From NCBI GenBank assembly GCA_017999615.1, contig JAGNLM010000001.1, forward strand, positions 264,549 through 328,548: a stretch of DNA of 64,000 bases. Reading direction: 5' to 3'. The stretch is from Gammaproteobacteria bacterium. Lineage in GTDB: Bacteria > Pseudomonadota > Gammaproteobacteria > JAABTG01. The position numbers and the translations under genes are program-made. Of this stretch, positions 1-11,505 are shown piece by piece (position 1 is the first letter of the stretch; each line of letters opens with the position of its first letter). The notes under the pieces were generated by a model, which was given only the letters and a program-made list of their open reading frames with translations, was not told where the DNA came from and did not search any database.

Positions 1-1735
1 CCGGTTCAGTCTCGAGTTCTCGCGCCAGCTGGGCGCGCGCGTGGTCCTGGTCGTGAACGGCCGGGAGCGTGAGCCCTCGGAGCTCGTCGACGCCGTGCAC
101 CTGGTCCTCGACAGCCTGTCGGACCGGCAGGGCGACGTGCTGGCGGTCGCCGTGAACGGCGTGGAGCCCGCGGACCTCGTCGAGGCCGAGCACCTGTTCG
201 CCGCCCGGCCGTGGCGGGACGTGCCGGTCTACCTGATCCCCGAGAACCCGGTCCTCGCCATGCCCACCGTCGGCGAGGTGGCCACGGCGCTCGGGGCCCG
301 TTGGCTCTCCCAGGGCAACGACGGCGCGAGCCGCGAGGTGGCCCGCTATCTGGTCGCGGCCATGGAGCTGCCGCACTTTCTCGACCACCTGGAGGAATCG
401 AGCCTGGTGATCACGCCGGGCGACCGCGCCGACATCATCCTGGGCAGTCTGCTGGCGGACTCCTCGACCGCCTACCCGCGGGTCGCGGCGCTGCTGCTCT
501 CGGGTGGGCTCGAGCCGGCTCCCCAGGTGCTGCGTGTGTTCGGCGGGCTGGACCGCTCGCCCGTGCCGGTGCTGAGCGTGCAGACCGACACCTTCACCAC
601 GGCGATGGCGGTCGCCGCGCTCGAGGGGCACCTGACCGCGGACAACCCGCGCAAGATCGCCGCGGCACTTGGCCTGGTCGAGTCGCGGATCGACGGGGCC
701 GACCTGACGCGCCGGCTGGAGATGCCCAGGCCCCAGCGTGTCACCCCGCTGATGTTCGAATTCGAACTGATCCAGAGGGCCCGGCGCCGGCGCATGCGCA
801 TCGTGCTGCCCGAGGGCACCGAGGAGCGTGTGCTGCGGGCGGCCGAGATCCTGCGCCTGCGCGACGTGGCCGACCTGACCCTGCTCGGCGACGAGCGCGC
901 GGTGCGCCGGGAGATCGAGCGCCTGGGTCTGCGGCTCAACGACGTGCGGATCATCGACCCGCTGAAGAGCGAGAAGCGCGAGCGCTACGCGGAGACCTAT
1001 TTCGCGCTCCGCCGGCACAAGGGGGTCTCCCGGGGTGGGGCGTACGACGCGCTCACCGACGTCAGCTACTTCGGGACCATGATGGTCTATCAGGGGGATG
1101 CCGACGGCATGGTCTCGGGCGCGGTGCACACCACCCAGCACACCATCCGGCCGGCCTTCGAGGTGATCCGCACGGCCCCGGGGCGGTCGCTCATCTCGAG
1201 CGTCTTCCTCATGTGCCTCTCCGACCGCGTGCTGGTCTACGGCGACTGCGCGGTGAACGTCCACCCCGATGCCGAGCAGCTCGCCGAGATCGCCATCAAC
1301 TCCGCGGAGACGGCGGCCTACTTCGGCATCGAGCCGCGCATCGCCATGCTCTCCTATTCGACCGGCGACTCCGGACAGGGCGAGGACGTGGACCGGGTGC
1401 GCGAGGCCACGCGCCTCGTGCGCGAGCGCAGCCCCGAGCTGAAGGTCGAGGGCCCGATCCAGTACGACGCTGCCGTGGACATGGCGGTGGCGCGCACCAA
1501 GCTGCCCTCGAGCGAGGTGGCGGGGCAGGCGACGGTGTTCGTGTTCCCTGACCTCAATACCGGCAACAACACCTACAAGGCGGTGCAGCGCTCATCGGGC
1601 GCGGTCGCCATCGGCCCCATCCTCCAGGGTCTCGCGAAGCCCGTGAACGACCTCTCGCGGGGCTGTACCGTCACCGACATCGTCAATACGGTCGTCATCA
1701 CCGCCATTCAGGCCCAGGCCGCCGCCGGAGGCTGA
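1..1735 (+). CDS. pta: Phosphate acetyltransferase (Pta), 5'-truncated by the window edge (C-terminal ~570 aa present)
   Basis: Frame 41..1735 carries the PTA/PTB catalytic C-domain hallmarks (..GDCAVNVHPDAEQLAEIAINSAETAAYFGIEPRIAMLSYSTG.., ..FVFPDLNTGNNTYKAVQRS..). The frame is open back to nt 1 and full-length Pta is ~700 aa, so the start lies upstream. ackA follows directly. Confidence 0.85.
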   Translation, partial: RFSLEFSRQLGARVVLVVNGREREPSELVDAVHLVLDSLSDRQGDVLAVAVNGVEPADLVEAEHLFAARPWRDVPVYLIPENPVLAMPTVGEVATALGARWLSQGNDGASREVARYLVAAMELPHFLDHLEESSLVITPGDRADIILGSLLADSSTAYPRVAALLLSGGLEPAPQVLRVFGGLDRSPVPVLSVQTDTFTTAMAVAALEGHLTADNPRKIAAALGLVESRIDGADLTRRLEMPRPQRVTPLMFEFELIQRARRRRMRIVLPEGTEERVLRAAEILRLRDVADLTLLGDERAVRREIERLGLRLNDVRIIDPLKSEKRERYAETYFALRRHKGVSRGGAYDALTDVSYFGTMMVYQGDADGMVSGAVHTTQHTIRPAFEVIRTAPGRSLISSVFLMCLSDRVLVYGDCAVNVHPDAEQLAEIAINSAETAAYFGIEPRIAMLSYSTGDSGQGEDVDRVREATRLVRERSPELKVEGPIQYDAAVDMAVARTKLPSSEVAGQATVFVFPDLNTGNNTYKAVQRSSGAVAIGPILQGLAKPVNDLSRGCTVTDIVNTVVITAIQAQAAAGG

Positions 1736-1777
1736 GCGGAGCGGGGCGGGGCGCTGCACAAACGCCCCCTGCAGGAG

Positions 1778-2989
1778 GTGTCCGTGAAGGTGCTGGTCCT
1801 GAATTCCGGGAGCTCCTCGGTCAAGTACCGCCTGTTCGAAATGGACCGCCGGGAAGAAGTAGCCGGTGGCGTGGTGGAGCGAATCGGGGAGCCCGACGGC
1901 GCGATCACCCAGCGGGTGCGGCGCGGGGACGGCAGCGTCGACACCTCCGTGCGCCACCTGCCGGTGCCGAGTCACCGCGCCGCCTTCGCCTTGATGGGCG
2001 AGGCCCTGCGCTCGGGCGGTGGTCTGGACGACCCCCGGAAGCTCTACGCCATCGGTCACCGGGTGGTCCACGGGGGGCCCGTCTTCCGGGCCCCCGCGCG
2101 GATCGACGCCGCGGTGGTGGCGGCCATCCGCGAGGTGGCACCCCTGGCGCCGCTGCACAACCCGGGACACCTGGTCGGAATCGAGGCGGCGCTGGAGGCC
2201 GCGCCGGACGTGCCCCAGGTCGCGGTCTTCGACACCGCCTTCCACCAGACCATGCCGGCCCGGGCCTACCGCTACGCGGTGCCCGAGGAGTGGTACACGC
2301 GCCACCGGGTCCGGCGCTACGGTTTCCATGGAACCTCCCACGCCTACGTGGCCCGCCGGGCGGCCGACTACCTGGGGCGCTCCCTCGAGGGACTGAACCT
2401 GATCACCCTGCACCTGGGCAACGGCGCCAGCGCGGCGGCCGTCGAGGGCGGGCGCTGCGTCGACACCTCGATGGGGCTGACCCCGCTCGCGGGGCTGGTG
2501 ATGGGGACCCGGTCGGGGGATCTGGACCCGGCGGTGGTCTTCTACCTGGGGCGCGTCGCCGGCCTGGAGCCGGCCGAGATCGATGCGGCCCTCAACCAGG
2601 AGAGCGGCCTGAAGGGACTTTGCGGCGTCCCGGACCTGCGCGAGGTGCACCGGGCGGCCGACGCCGGGGACCCGCGGGCACTGCTGGCGCTGGATGTCTT
2701 CGCCTACCGTATCCGCAAGTACATCGGTGCCTACACGGCGGTGCTGGGCCGGGTCGACGCAGTCGTCTTCACGGCCGGGATCGGGGAGAACGACGCGGAT
2801 CTGCGCCGCCGGGTCTGCGGCGGCCTCGAGGGTCTCGGCATCACCCTCGACGAGGAACGCAACCGCTCGGCCGCGGGGGAGGTCTCGGAGGTGCACGCCG
2901 CGCGGTCCCGGGTGGCCCTGCTGGTGGTGCGCACCAACGAGGAGTTGGAGATCGCCGAGCAGACCGTCGCCTGCGCGCGTGGCTGCTGA
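1778..2989 (+). CDS. ackA: Acetate kinase
   Basis: MSVKVLVLNSGSSSVKYRLFEM.. is the N-terminal acetate/propionate kinase signature. ..VHGGP.F.. and HLGNGAS are also present. It has a non-ATG (GTG) start and sits 42 nt after the pta stop. Confidence 0.9.
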   Translation: MSVKVLVLNSGSSSVKYRLFEMDRREEVAGGVVERIGEPDGAITQRVRRGDGSVDTSVRHLPVPSHRAAFALMGEALRSGGGLDDPRKLYAIGHRVVHGGPVFRAPARIDAAVVAAIREVAPLAPLHNPGHLVGIEAALEAAPDVPQVAVFDTAFHQTMPARAYRYAVPEEWYTRHRVRRYGFHGTSHAYVARRAADYLGRSLEGLNLITLHLGNGASAAAVEGGRCVDTSMGLTPLAGLVMGTRSGDLDPAVVFYLGRVAGLEPAEIDAALNQESGLKGLCGVPDLREVHRAADAGDPRALLALDVFAYRIRKYIGAYTAVLGRVDAVVFTAGIGENDADLRRRVCGGLEGLGITLDEERNRSAAGEVSEVHAARSRVALLVVRTNEELEIAEQTVACARGC

Positions 2990-3059
2990 GGTTTCGATTG
3001 GCGGCGGGGGCGTCTCGCCCTAACATCCACGGCTCGGAGTGAGGGGAGGAGTGAGGGGC

Positions 3060-4349
<1,290 letters not shown>

Positions 4350-4482
4350 GATGCGGTCCCGGCGGGCATTCCGCTCCGCCGACGCGTGTACCGCGGGGCG
4401 CCCCGCGGCTTGACACAGGTGTAGGCGGGTCGAAGGGGCGCGGTAGTAAACTGAAATCCCTTATGGCTCCCGTGGAGGGCCC

Positions 4483-6003
4483 ATGGCCGTCATTCGTCAG
4501 GACGACTTCGTCCAGAGCATTGCCGACGCTTTCCAGTTCATTTCCTACTATCACCCCGTCGACTTCGTGCGGGCCATGAGCGAGGCCTACGAGCGCGAGG
4601 AGTCGCCTGCCGCGAAGGACGCGATCGCCCAGATCCTGATCAACTCCCGCATGAGCGCCGAGGGGCACCGCCCCGTGTGCCAGGACACCGGCATCGCGGT
4701 CGTGTTCCTCAAGGTCGGCATGGGAGTGCAGTGGGACGCCCGGGCCAGCATCCAGGAGATGGTCAACGAGGGTGTACGCCGCGCCTACACCCACCCGGAC
4801 AATCCGCTGCGTGCGTCGGTGGTCGCCGACCCGGACGGCAAGCGCCCGAACACCCGTGACAACACCCCGGCGGTCGTGCACGTGGAACTGGTTCCCGGCG
4901 ACACGCTCGAGGTCAAGATCGCGGCCAAGGGTGGCGGCTCCGAGAGCAAGACCCGCTTCACCATCCTGAACCCCAGCGACGACCTCGTGGCCTGGGTCCT
5001 CGAGCAGGTCCCCACCATGGGCGGTGACTGGTGCCCACCGGGGATCCTCGGGGTCGGCGTGGGGGGCACGCCGGAAAAGGCGATGGTGATGGCGAAGGAG
5101 TCCCTGCTGGCGCCCGTGGACATCCAGGCGCTGCGGGCGCGGGGCCCGAAGAACCGCGCCGAGGAGTTGCGCCTGGAGCTCTTCGACAAGGTCAACGCGC
5201 TCGGTATCGGTGCCCAGGGCCTGGGTGGACTCTCCACGGTTCTCGACGTGAAGGTGCTGGACTTCCCGACGCACGCGGTCATGAAGCCGGTTGCGCTGGT
5301 CCCCAATTGCGCTGCCACGCGGCACCTGGAGTTCCGGCTCGACGGCTCCGGCCCGGCCCGCTTCGATCCGCCGAGCCTGGAGGATTGGCCGAAGCTCGCC
5401 CTGGACGTCTCGGCGGGCGCGCGCCGGGTGGACCTGGAGCACCTGACGAAGGCCGAGAGCGCCGCCTGGAAGGCGGGTGACCGGCTGCTCCTGAACGGCC
5501 GCATCCTCACCGGGCGGGACGCCGCCCACAAGCGGGTGGTGGACCTGCTGGCCCGGGGCGAGCCCCTGCCGGTCGACTTCACCAACCGCCTCATCTACTA
5601 CGTCGGCCCGGTGGACCCGGTGCGGGACGAGGCGGTGGGCCCCGCGGGCCCCACGACGTCCCGGCGCATGGACAAGTTCATGGACACGATGCTTGGCCAG
5701 ACCGGCCTCCTCGGCTCCATCGGCAAGTCGGAGCGGGGGCCCCAGGGCGTCGAGGCCATCCGGCGTCACCAGGGGGTGCACCTGATTGCGGTCGGCGGCG
5801 CGGCCTATCTGGTCGCGAAGGCGGTCCGCTCCTCGCGCGTCCTCGCCTTCCCCGAGCTTGGCATGGAGGCGGTCTACGAGTTCGAGGTGAAGGACATGCC
5901 CGTGACGGTGGCGGTCGACGCCCAGGGCAACGCCGTCCACGAGTCGGGTCCCAGGGAGTGGAAGGCCCGAATCGCGGCGAAGAACCCGGCTCGCGGAGGC
6001 TAG
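4483..6003 (+). CDS. fumA: Class I (Fe-S, FumA/FumB-type) fumarate hydratase
   Basis: N-terminal ..YYHPVDFVRAMSEAYEREESPAAKDAIAQILINSRMSAEGHRPVCQDTGI.. (the [4Fe-4S] ligand region) and a fused beta-domain at the C-terminus. Length is 506 aa. Confidence 0.88.
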   Translation: MAVIRQDDFVQSIADAFQFISYYHPVDFVRAMSEAYEREESPAAKDAIAQILINSRMSAEGHRPVCQDTGIAVVFLKVGMGVQWDARASIQEMVNEGVRRAYTHPDNPLRASVVADPDGKRPNTRDNTPAVVHVELVPGDTLEVKIAAKGGGSESKTRFTILNPSDDLVAWVLEQVPTMGGDWCPPGILGVGVGGTPEKAMVMAKESLLAPVDIQALRARGPKNRAEELRLELFDKVNALGIGAQGLGGLSTVLDVKVLDFPTHAVMKPVALVPNCAATRHLEFRLDGSGPARFDPPSLEDWPKLALDVSAGARRVDLEHLTKAESAAWKAGDRLLLNGRILTGRDAAHKRVVDLLARGEPLPVDFTNRLIYYVGPVDPVRDEAVGPAGPTTSRRMDKFMDTMLGQTGLLGSIGKSERGPQGVEAIRRHQGVHLIAVGGAAYLVAKAVRSSRVLAFPELGMEAVYEFEVKDMPVTVAVDAQGNAVHESGPREWKARIAAKNPARGG

Positions 6004-6242
6004 GGCGACCGAGGACCTTCCCCGAAAGGCCCGCAGGGCTTACGCCTCGTAACCCATATCCCGACAGGGAGACCCCCGGGTCACCCTGTCGGGATACGAT
6101 GGGTATTCCACAGGGGATAGGCGGTCGCTCCCGGCTTTTTGAGCTAGGTCATAGGGATAGGGGCAACCGCGACTTATAGGTATATAAGAATTACCGATAG
6201 CGGGACCGGCAGTCCGCCGGACTCCCACAGGGGAGAAAATCG

Positions 6243-6977
6243 ATGACTTCCAACTCTACGGGCGCCGTGACCGTGCACACCGCCCCCGTGCCGAGTCGGC
6301 GCGCGAGCCGTTGGCCGGCGCGGCTCGACGTGGCCCAGAGTCTCACGGGGCTCGTCCTGGGCCTCTTCGTGGGGTTCCACCTGTTCCTCGACTCCTCGAT
6401 CCTGCTCGGGCCCGAGGCGGTCGACTTCATCGCCCGCCTGTTCGAGGGCAAGGGCATCCTCGATGAGCCTCAACCCTGGATCGTCACGGTGTTCTCGCTG
6501 GGGATCCTGACCCTGCTCGTGGCCCACGCGGCCCTTGCCATGCGCAAGCTGCCGCACGACTACCACCAGCTCGCCATCTTCCGCCACCACAACGCGACCC
6601 TGCGCCACACCGACACCCGGCTGTGGTGGGTCCAGGCGCTGACAGGGTTCGCGCTCTTCTTCCTGGTCGCCGTCCACCTCTTCATGCCCATCACGGTGCC
6701 GGAGGACATCGGCGGACTGCCTTCGGCGCGGCGAGTCGTCGAGGACAACGCCTGGGCCCTCTACATCGTGCTGCTGCCCATCGTGGTGGCTCACGCGGCC
6801 CTCGGGCTCTACCGGTTGGCGCTGAAGTGGGGCTGGCCGAGCTTCACGATCGGCGCGGAGGGGCGCCGGCGCCTGCTCCTCGCGACCCTGGGGGTCGCGG
6901 CGTTCTATCTCGTGATCGATCTGGCCGCGCTCGTAGCCTACCTGCGGATCGGCCTCTCCCTGGGGGGTCAGCCGTGA
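6243..6977 (+). CDS. Succinate dehydrogenase / fumarate reductase membrane anchor (single diheme cytochrome b subunit, type B)
   Basis: 244-aa polytopic membrane protein with ~5 TM helices and conserved His residues in the helices. It lies immediately upstream of the flavoprotein and Fe-S subunits, overlapping them. RBS GGGGAGAAAATCG precedes the ATG. The assignment rests on synteny and topology rather than strong motifs. Confidence 0.7.
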   Translation: MTSNSTGAVTVHTAPVPSRRASRWPARLDVAQSLTGLVLGLFVGFHLFLDSSILLGPEAVDFIARLFEGKGILDEPQPWIVTVFSLGILTLLVAHAALAMRKLPHDYHQLAIFRHHNATLRHTDTRLWWVQALTGFALFFLVAVHLFMPITVPEDIGGLPSARRVVEDNAWALYIVLLPIVVAHAALGLYRLALKWGWPSFTIGAEGRRRLLLATLGVAAFYLVIDLAALVAYLRIGLSLGGQP

Positions 6978-8956
6978 AGCTCATCTACAGCGACGTGCTC
7001 GTGATTGGCGGTGGCCTCGCCGGCCTGCGTGTGGCCATCGGCGCCCGCCAGCGGGGTCTCGATTCGATCATCCTCTCCCTCGTGCCCCCGAAGCGGTCCC
7101 ACTCCGCAGCGGCCCAGGGAGGCATGCAGGCCAGTCTCGCCAACGTGACGCGGGGCATCGGCGACAACGAGGACGTTCACTTCGCCGACACCGTGCGGGG
7201 GAGCGATTGGGGTGCCGACCAGGAGGTGGTGCGGATGTTCGTCCACACCGCCCCCCAGGCGGCCCGGGAGCTCGCCGCGTGGGGCGTGCCCTGGAGCCGG
7301 GTTCGGCCCGGCGACCGGGAGATCGTGGCCAACGGGCAGAGGGTGACGATCACCGAGCGGGCGGAGGCCGCGGGGCTGATCGCCCAGCGTGACTTCGGCG
7401 GCACCAAGAAGTGGCGGACCTGCTACGTCTCCGACGGTACCGGGCACGCGATGCTGTCGACGATGGGCGATCGGGCGATCGCCCACTCCATCCCGGTGCA
7501 CGAGCGCACCGAGGCGCTGGCCCTGATCCACGACGGGGGCCGCTGTTACGGTGCGGTCGTGCGTGACCTCACGACCGGCGAGCTGAGCGCCTACGTCGCG
7601 CGGGCAACGGTCGTCGCGACCGGCGGGGCAGGGCGGCTGTACAGCGTCACCACCAACGCCGTGATCTGCGAGGGTATGGGTCACGCCCTGGCCCTCGAGA
7701 CGGGCGTGGCGCCGCTCGGCAACATGGAGGCGGTCCAGTTCCACCCGACCGCCATCGTCCCCACCGGGATCCTGGTGACGGAGGGATGCCGCGGTGACGG
7801 CGGCCTGTTGCGCGACGTGGACGGCCACCGCTTCATGCCGGACTACGAGCCGGAGAAGAAGGAGCTCGCCTCCCGCGACGTGGTGTCCCGGCGCATGGAG
7901 GAGCACATCCGCAAGGGCAAGGGGGTGAAGGGGCGCTTCGGCACCCACCTCTGGCTCGACATCACGCTCCTCGGGCGTCAGCACATCGAGCACAACCTGC
8001 GCGAGGTCAAGGAGATCTGCGAGTATTTTCTCGGGATCGACCCGGCCGAGCAGTGGATCCCCGTGCGGCCCGCCCAGCACTACACGATGGGTGGGGTGCG
8101 CACCAACCACACCGGCGAGAGCCCCTGGCTGAAGGGCCTGTTCGCCGCCGGTGAAGCGGCTTGCTGGGACATGCACGGCTTCAACCGGCTCGGCGGCAAC
8201 TCCGTCGCGGAGACGGTGGTGGCCGGGATGATCGTGAGCGAGTTCGTGGCGGACTTCTGCCAGCGCCCGGAGAACCGCATCGACGTGCCCATGGGGCTCG
8301 TCGAGGAGTTCGTGCGGCGCGAGCAGGGCAAGCTCGACCTGCTGCTCGACGGCGGCGGCACGGAGAGCGCGGACGCCCTGCGCAGCGCCATGCTCCACGT
8401 GATGACCGAGAAGGTGGGGATCTTCCGTACCGGCGCCGACCTGGCGGCGGGCGTCGAGCAGCTCCAGGGCCTGCTGGTGCGCAGCCGCCACATCGGCCTG
8501 CGCCACAAGGCGCGGGGCGCCAACGCGGAGCTGGTCGTCGCCTACCGGACCCAGAGAATGCTGAAGCTCGCCCTGGCCACCGCCTACGGCGCCCTGCAGC
8601 GTACGGAGAGCCGGGGGGCCCACTTCCGCGAGGACTACCCCCAGCGTGACGACCGCCAGTGGCTCTCTCGGACCCTGGCCTTCTGGCGGGGCGAGGACGA
8701 CACCCTGCCCACCCTCGAGTACGAGCCGCTCGACATCATGCGCATGGAGTTGCCCCCCGGCTGGCGCGGCTACGGGGCGAAGGACTACATCGACCACCCC
8801 GACAGCCCCAAGCGGACGGCAGAGGTGGAGCAGGTGCGCAACGAAATGGCCGGTGCCGACCGCTTCGCGGTCCAGCAGGCGTTGATGCCCTGGGAGGGGA
8901 TGTTGCCCCCCCGTCTCCGGGGCCGTAACGAGCGTGTCGGGGAGGGCCGGGCATGA
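6974..8956 (+). CDS. Succinate dehydrogenase / fumarate reductase flavoprotein subunit
   Basis: [21 protein letters not shown] (FAD Rossmann fold), ..[15 protein letters not shown].. (covalent-FAD His region), ..[21 protein letters not shown].. The GTG start at 6974 overlaps the stop of the anchor gene (GTGA). The track ORF 6623..8956 is an N-terminal over-extension of this frame. Confidence 0.9.
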   Translation: MKLIYSDVLVIGGGLAGLRVAIGARQRGLDSIILSLVPPKRSHSAAAQGGMQASLANVTRGIGDNEDVHFADTVRGSDWGADQEVVRMFVHTAPQAARELAAWGVPWSRVRPGDREIVANGQRVTITERAEAAGLIAQRDFGGTKKWRTCYVSDGTGHAMLSTMGDRAIAHSIPVHERTEALALIHDGGRCYGAVVRDLTTGELSAYVARATVVATGGAGRLYSVTTNAVICEGMGHALALETGVAPLGNMEAVQFHPTAIVPTGILVTEGCRGDGGLLRDVDGHRFMPDYEPEKKELASRDVVSRRMEEHIRKGKGVKGRFGTHLWLDITLLGRQHIEHNLREVKEICEYFLGIDPAEQWIPVRPAQHYTMGGVRTNHTGESPWLKGLFAAGEAACWDMHGFNRLGGNSVAETVVAGMIVSEFVADFCQRPENRIDVPMGLVEEFVRREQGKLDLLLDGGGTESADALRSAMLHVMTEKVGIFRTGADLAAGVEQLQGLLVRSRHIGLRHKARGANAELVVAYRTQRMLKLALATAYGALQRTESRGAHFREDYPQRDDRQWLSRTLAFWRGEDDTLPTLEYEPLDIMRMELPPGWRGYGAKDYIDHPDSPKRTAEVEQVRNEMAGADRFAVQQALMPWEGMLPPRLRGRNERVGEGRA

Positions 8957-9708
8957 GCGAGAACGCAGTTACGGCCGCCCACCGGCGGCTCACCATCCGT
9001 GTCCTGCGCTACAACCCGCAGGAGCCGGGGAGCGTGCCGCGGATCCAGGAATACCCGCTGGAGGAGGGGGACGGGATGACCCTCTTCATCGCGCTCAACG
9101 AGATCCGCGAGAAACAGGACCCCTCGCTGGTCTTCGACTTCGTGTGCCGCGCAGGGATCTGCGGCAGCTGCGCGATGCTGATCAACGGGCGTCCCGGGCT
9201 CGCGTGCCGGACCCAGACGAAGAACCTGGGCCTCGAGATCATGCTGGCGCCCCTGCCCGGCTTCGAGCTCATCGCGGACCTCGCGGTGAACACCGGCAAG
9301 TGGATGCGCGGGATGAGCGAGCGGCTCGAGACCTGGGTGCACACCAGGGAGCAGGAGCTGGACCTCACTCGGCTCGAGGAGCGGATGGACCCCGAGCTGG
9401 CCGAGAAGATCTACGAGCTCGACCGCTGTATCGAGTGCGGCTGCTGCATCGCCGGATGCGCGACCGCCCAGATGCGCCCGGGGTTCGTGGGGGCGGTCGG
9501 TCTGAGCAAGATCGCGCGCTTCCGTCTCGACCCGCGCGACGCGCGCACGGATGCCGAGTACTATGAGCTGGTGGGGGACGACAACGGCGTGTTCGGCTGC
9601 ATGTCGCTGCTGGGCTGCCAGGACGTCTGTCCGAAGGACCTGCCGCTCCAGGCGAGGATCGCCTACGTGCGCCGCCAGATGGCCAAGCAGGGGTTCACCC
9701 GAGGCTGA
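8953..9708 (+). CDS. Succinate dehydrogenase / fumarate reductase iron-sulfur subunit
   Basis: ..[21 protein letters not shown].. (2Fe-2S) and ..[15 protein letters not shown].. / ..[16 protein letters not shown].. (4Fe-4S and 3Fe-4S cysteine clusters). Its start overlaps the flavoprotein stop (ATGA). Confidence 0.9.
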   Translation: MSENAVTAAHRRLTIRVLRYNPQEPGSVPRIQEYPLEEGDGMTLFIALNEIREKQDPSLVFDFVCRAGICGSCAMLINGRPGLACRTQTKNLGLEIMLAPLPGFELIADLAVNTGKWMRGMSERLETWVHTREQELDLTRLEERMDPELAEKIYELDRCIECGCCIAGCATAQMRPGFVGAVGLSKIARFRLDPRDARTDAEYYELVGDDNGVFGCMSLLGCQDVCPKDLPLQARIAYVRRQMAKQGFTRG

Positions 9709-9773
9709 CGAGCGGATCATCAACCGGTAGAAAGAACGAGCCTTTCGACGCCCATTGCTGAGGAGAACGACCC

Positions 9774-10793
9774 ATGAAGCGTAGACACCTCCTGGTAGGC
9801 GCTCTCGCCTGCGCCGCCTCGCTGTCCGCCTACGCGGCGGACGCGCCGATCGTGATCAAGTTCAGCCACGTGGTCGCGACGGACACCCCCAAGGGCCGGG
9901 CCGCCGAGTTCTTCAAGAAGGTCGCTGAGGAGTACACCAAGGGCCGCGTGAAGGTCGAGGTCTACGCCAACAGCACGCTCTACAAGGACAAGGAAGAGCT
10001 CGAGGCGCTGACGCTCGGTGCGGTGCAGATGCTCGCCCCGTCGCTCGCGAAGTTCGGGCCGCTCGGGGTCAGGGAGTTCGAGGCCTTTGACCTGCCGTTC
10101 ATCTTCGACGGCTACGAGGACCTGCACAAGGTCACCCAGGGCCCCGTGGGCCGGCAGATCCTGGACAAGCTCGAGCCGAAGGGGATCCGGGGCCTCGCGT
10201 ACTGGGACAACGGCTTCAAGTCCTTCTCCGCGAACACCCCCATCCGCAAGCCCGAGGACATGAAGGGCAAGAAGTTCCGGATCCAGTCCTCCAAGGTGCT
10301 CGACGCCCAGATGCGGGCGCTCGCCTCCCTGCCCCAGCAGATGGCCTTCTCCGAGGTGTACCAGGCCCTGCAGACCGGCGTGGTGGACGGCACCGAGAAC
10401 CCGATCTCGAACCTCTACACCCAGAAGATGCACGAGGTGCAGAAGCACCTGACGCTCACCGACCACGGGTACCTGGGGTACGCGGTGATCGTGAACAAGG
10501 CGTTCTGGGAGGGTCTGCCCAAGGACGTCCGCGAGCAGCTCGACAAGGCGATGAAGGAGGCGACGGAATACGCCAACTCGATCGCGAAGAAGGACAACGA
10601 CGACGCGTTGGCCGCCGTGAAGGCGAGTGGCCGGACCGAGATCTATACGCCGACGAAGGCGGAGCGCGACGCCTTCAAGAAGGCCCTTTTCCCGGTGCAT
10701 TCGCAGATGCAGGACCGGGTCGGGCGGGAGCTCCTCGAGTCGGTCTACAAGGCAACGGGCTGCCACTGCATCAAGGCGGCCGAACAGAAGTAG
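9774..10793 (+). CDS. dctP: TRAP transporter substrate-binding protein, DctP family (C4-dicarboxylate)
   Basis: Signal peptide MKRRHLLVGALACAASLSAYA, then the DctP-family core (..IVIKFSHVVATDTPKG.., ..YWDNGFKSFSAN.PIRKPEDMKGKKFRIQSS..). Followed by dctQ and dctM. Confidence 0.9.
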   Translation: MKRRHLLVGALACAASLSAYAADAPIVIKFSHVVATDTPKGRAAEFFKKVAEEYTKGRVKVEVYANSTLYKDKEELEALTLGAVQMLAPSLAKFGPLGVREFEAFDLPFIFDGYEDLHKVTQGPVGRQILDKLEPKGIRGLAYWDNGFKSFSANTPIRKPEDMKGKKFRIQSSKVLDAQMRALASLPQQMAFSEVYQALQTGVVDGTENPISNLYTQKMHEVQKHLTLTDHGYLGYAVIVNKAFWEGLPKDVREQLDKAMKEATEYANSIAKKDNDDALAAVKASGRTEIYTPTKAERDAFKKALFPVHSQMQDRVGRELLESVYKATGCHCIKAAEQK

Positions 10794-10800
10794 TCCGACG

Positions 10801-10835
10801 CGAGACACCGCCCGCCCCGTGCGGGCGGTGTCTCG
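10801..10835 (+). promoter_or_regulatory. Perfect 15-bp-stem intercistronic hairpin between dctP and dctQ (candidate attenuator / mRNA-stabilising element)
   Basis: CGAGACACCGCCCGC-cccgt-GCGGGCGGTGTCTCG, 8 nt after the dctP stop and 13 nt before the dctQ start. There is no U-tract, so it looks like partial termination or processing (differential SBP:permease expression is typical of TRAP loci). Confidence 0.5.
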
Positions 10836-10848
10836 TTCAGGGGGCACA

Positions 10849-11502
10849 ATGCTGAAGATCCTAGATCACCTGGAGGAGTGGCTCATCACCTTTCTGATGG
10901 GTGGGGCCACCCTCATCACCTTCGCCGCAGTCGCGCACCGCTATCTCGCCGGACACGCGATACCCTACGTGCAGGACTTCCTCATCGGGCTCGACATGGG
11001 TTGGGCCCAGGAGCTCACCATCTACATGTTCGTATGGATGGCGAAGTTCGGCGCCGCCTACGGCGTGCGCACCGGCATCCACGTGGGTGTGGACGTGCTG
11101 GTCAACCAGTTGCATGACCGCCCGCGGGACCTGTTCATCCTGTTCGGTCTCCTCGCGGGCGCGCTCTTCACCGGTGTCATCGGAACCCTCGGGGCCGAGT
11201 TCGTCTGGGGGCTCTCCCAGACCGACCAGACGTCGCCGGACCTGGAAATACCCGCCTGGATCGCGTACCTGGCGATCCCGCTCGGCTCCTACCTGATGTG
11301 TTTCCGGTTTCTGCAGGTGGCCTGGTCCTTCTGGCGCACCGGCAATCTGCCCCGTCACGAGCACGGCCACGTGGAAGGGCTCGAGGCGGAAGGCGCGGAG
11401 CTCCCCAAGGAAATCAAGATTGAGAAGGATTTCAACTGGTACGCCCTGCAGGACGACTCCCACCCGCGCCCGCCCCGCATGCCACCGAAGGACGAGGTGT
11501 GA
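10849..11502 (+). CDS. dctQ: TRAP transporter small permease, DctQ family
   Basis: MLKILDHLEEWLITFLMGGATLITFAAVAHRYLAG.. with 4 TM helices, ~217 aa. The track ORF 10627.. is an Arg-rich over-extension. The ATG at 10849 is preceded by CAGGGGGCACA. Confidence 0.8.
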   Translation: MLKILDHLEEWLITFLMGGATLITFAAVAHRYLAGHAIPYVQDFLIGLDMGWAQELTIYMFVWMAKFGAAYGVRTGIHVGVDVLVNQLHDRPRDLFILFGLLAGALFTGVIGTLGAEFVWGLSQTDQTSPDLEIPAWIAYLAIPLGSYLMCFRFLQVAWSFWRTGNLPRHEHGHVEGLEAEGAELPKEIKIEKDFNWYALQDDSHPRPPRMPPKDEV

Positions 11503-11505
11503 GCC

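Noticed and set aside
4391-4408. Perfect palindrome CCGCGGGGCGCCCCGCGG after gltA, with TTGACA just downstream, considered as a terminator or promoter
   Set aside because: There is no loop and no U-tract, and no acceptable -10 at 17 bp from the TTGACA. That is too weak to call.
6623-6973. 117-codon upstream extension of the flavoprotein ORF
   Set aside because: It overlaps the anchor-subunit gene in another frame. The conserved FAD-binding N-terminus begins at the GTG at 6974.
6968-8797. 609-aa minus-strand ORF across the flavoprotein gene
   Set aside because: Antisense to the FAD-binding flavoprotein subunit.
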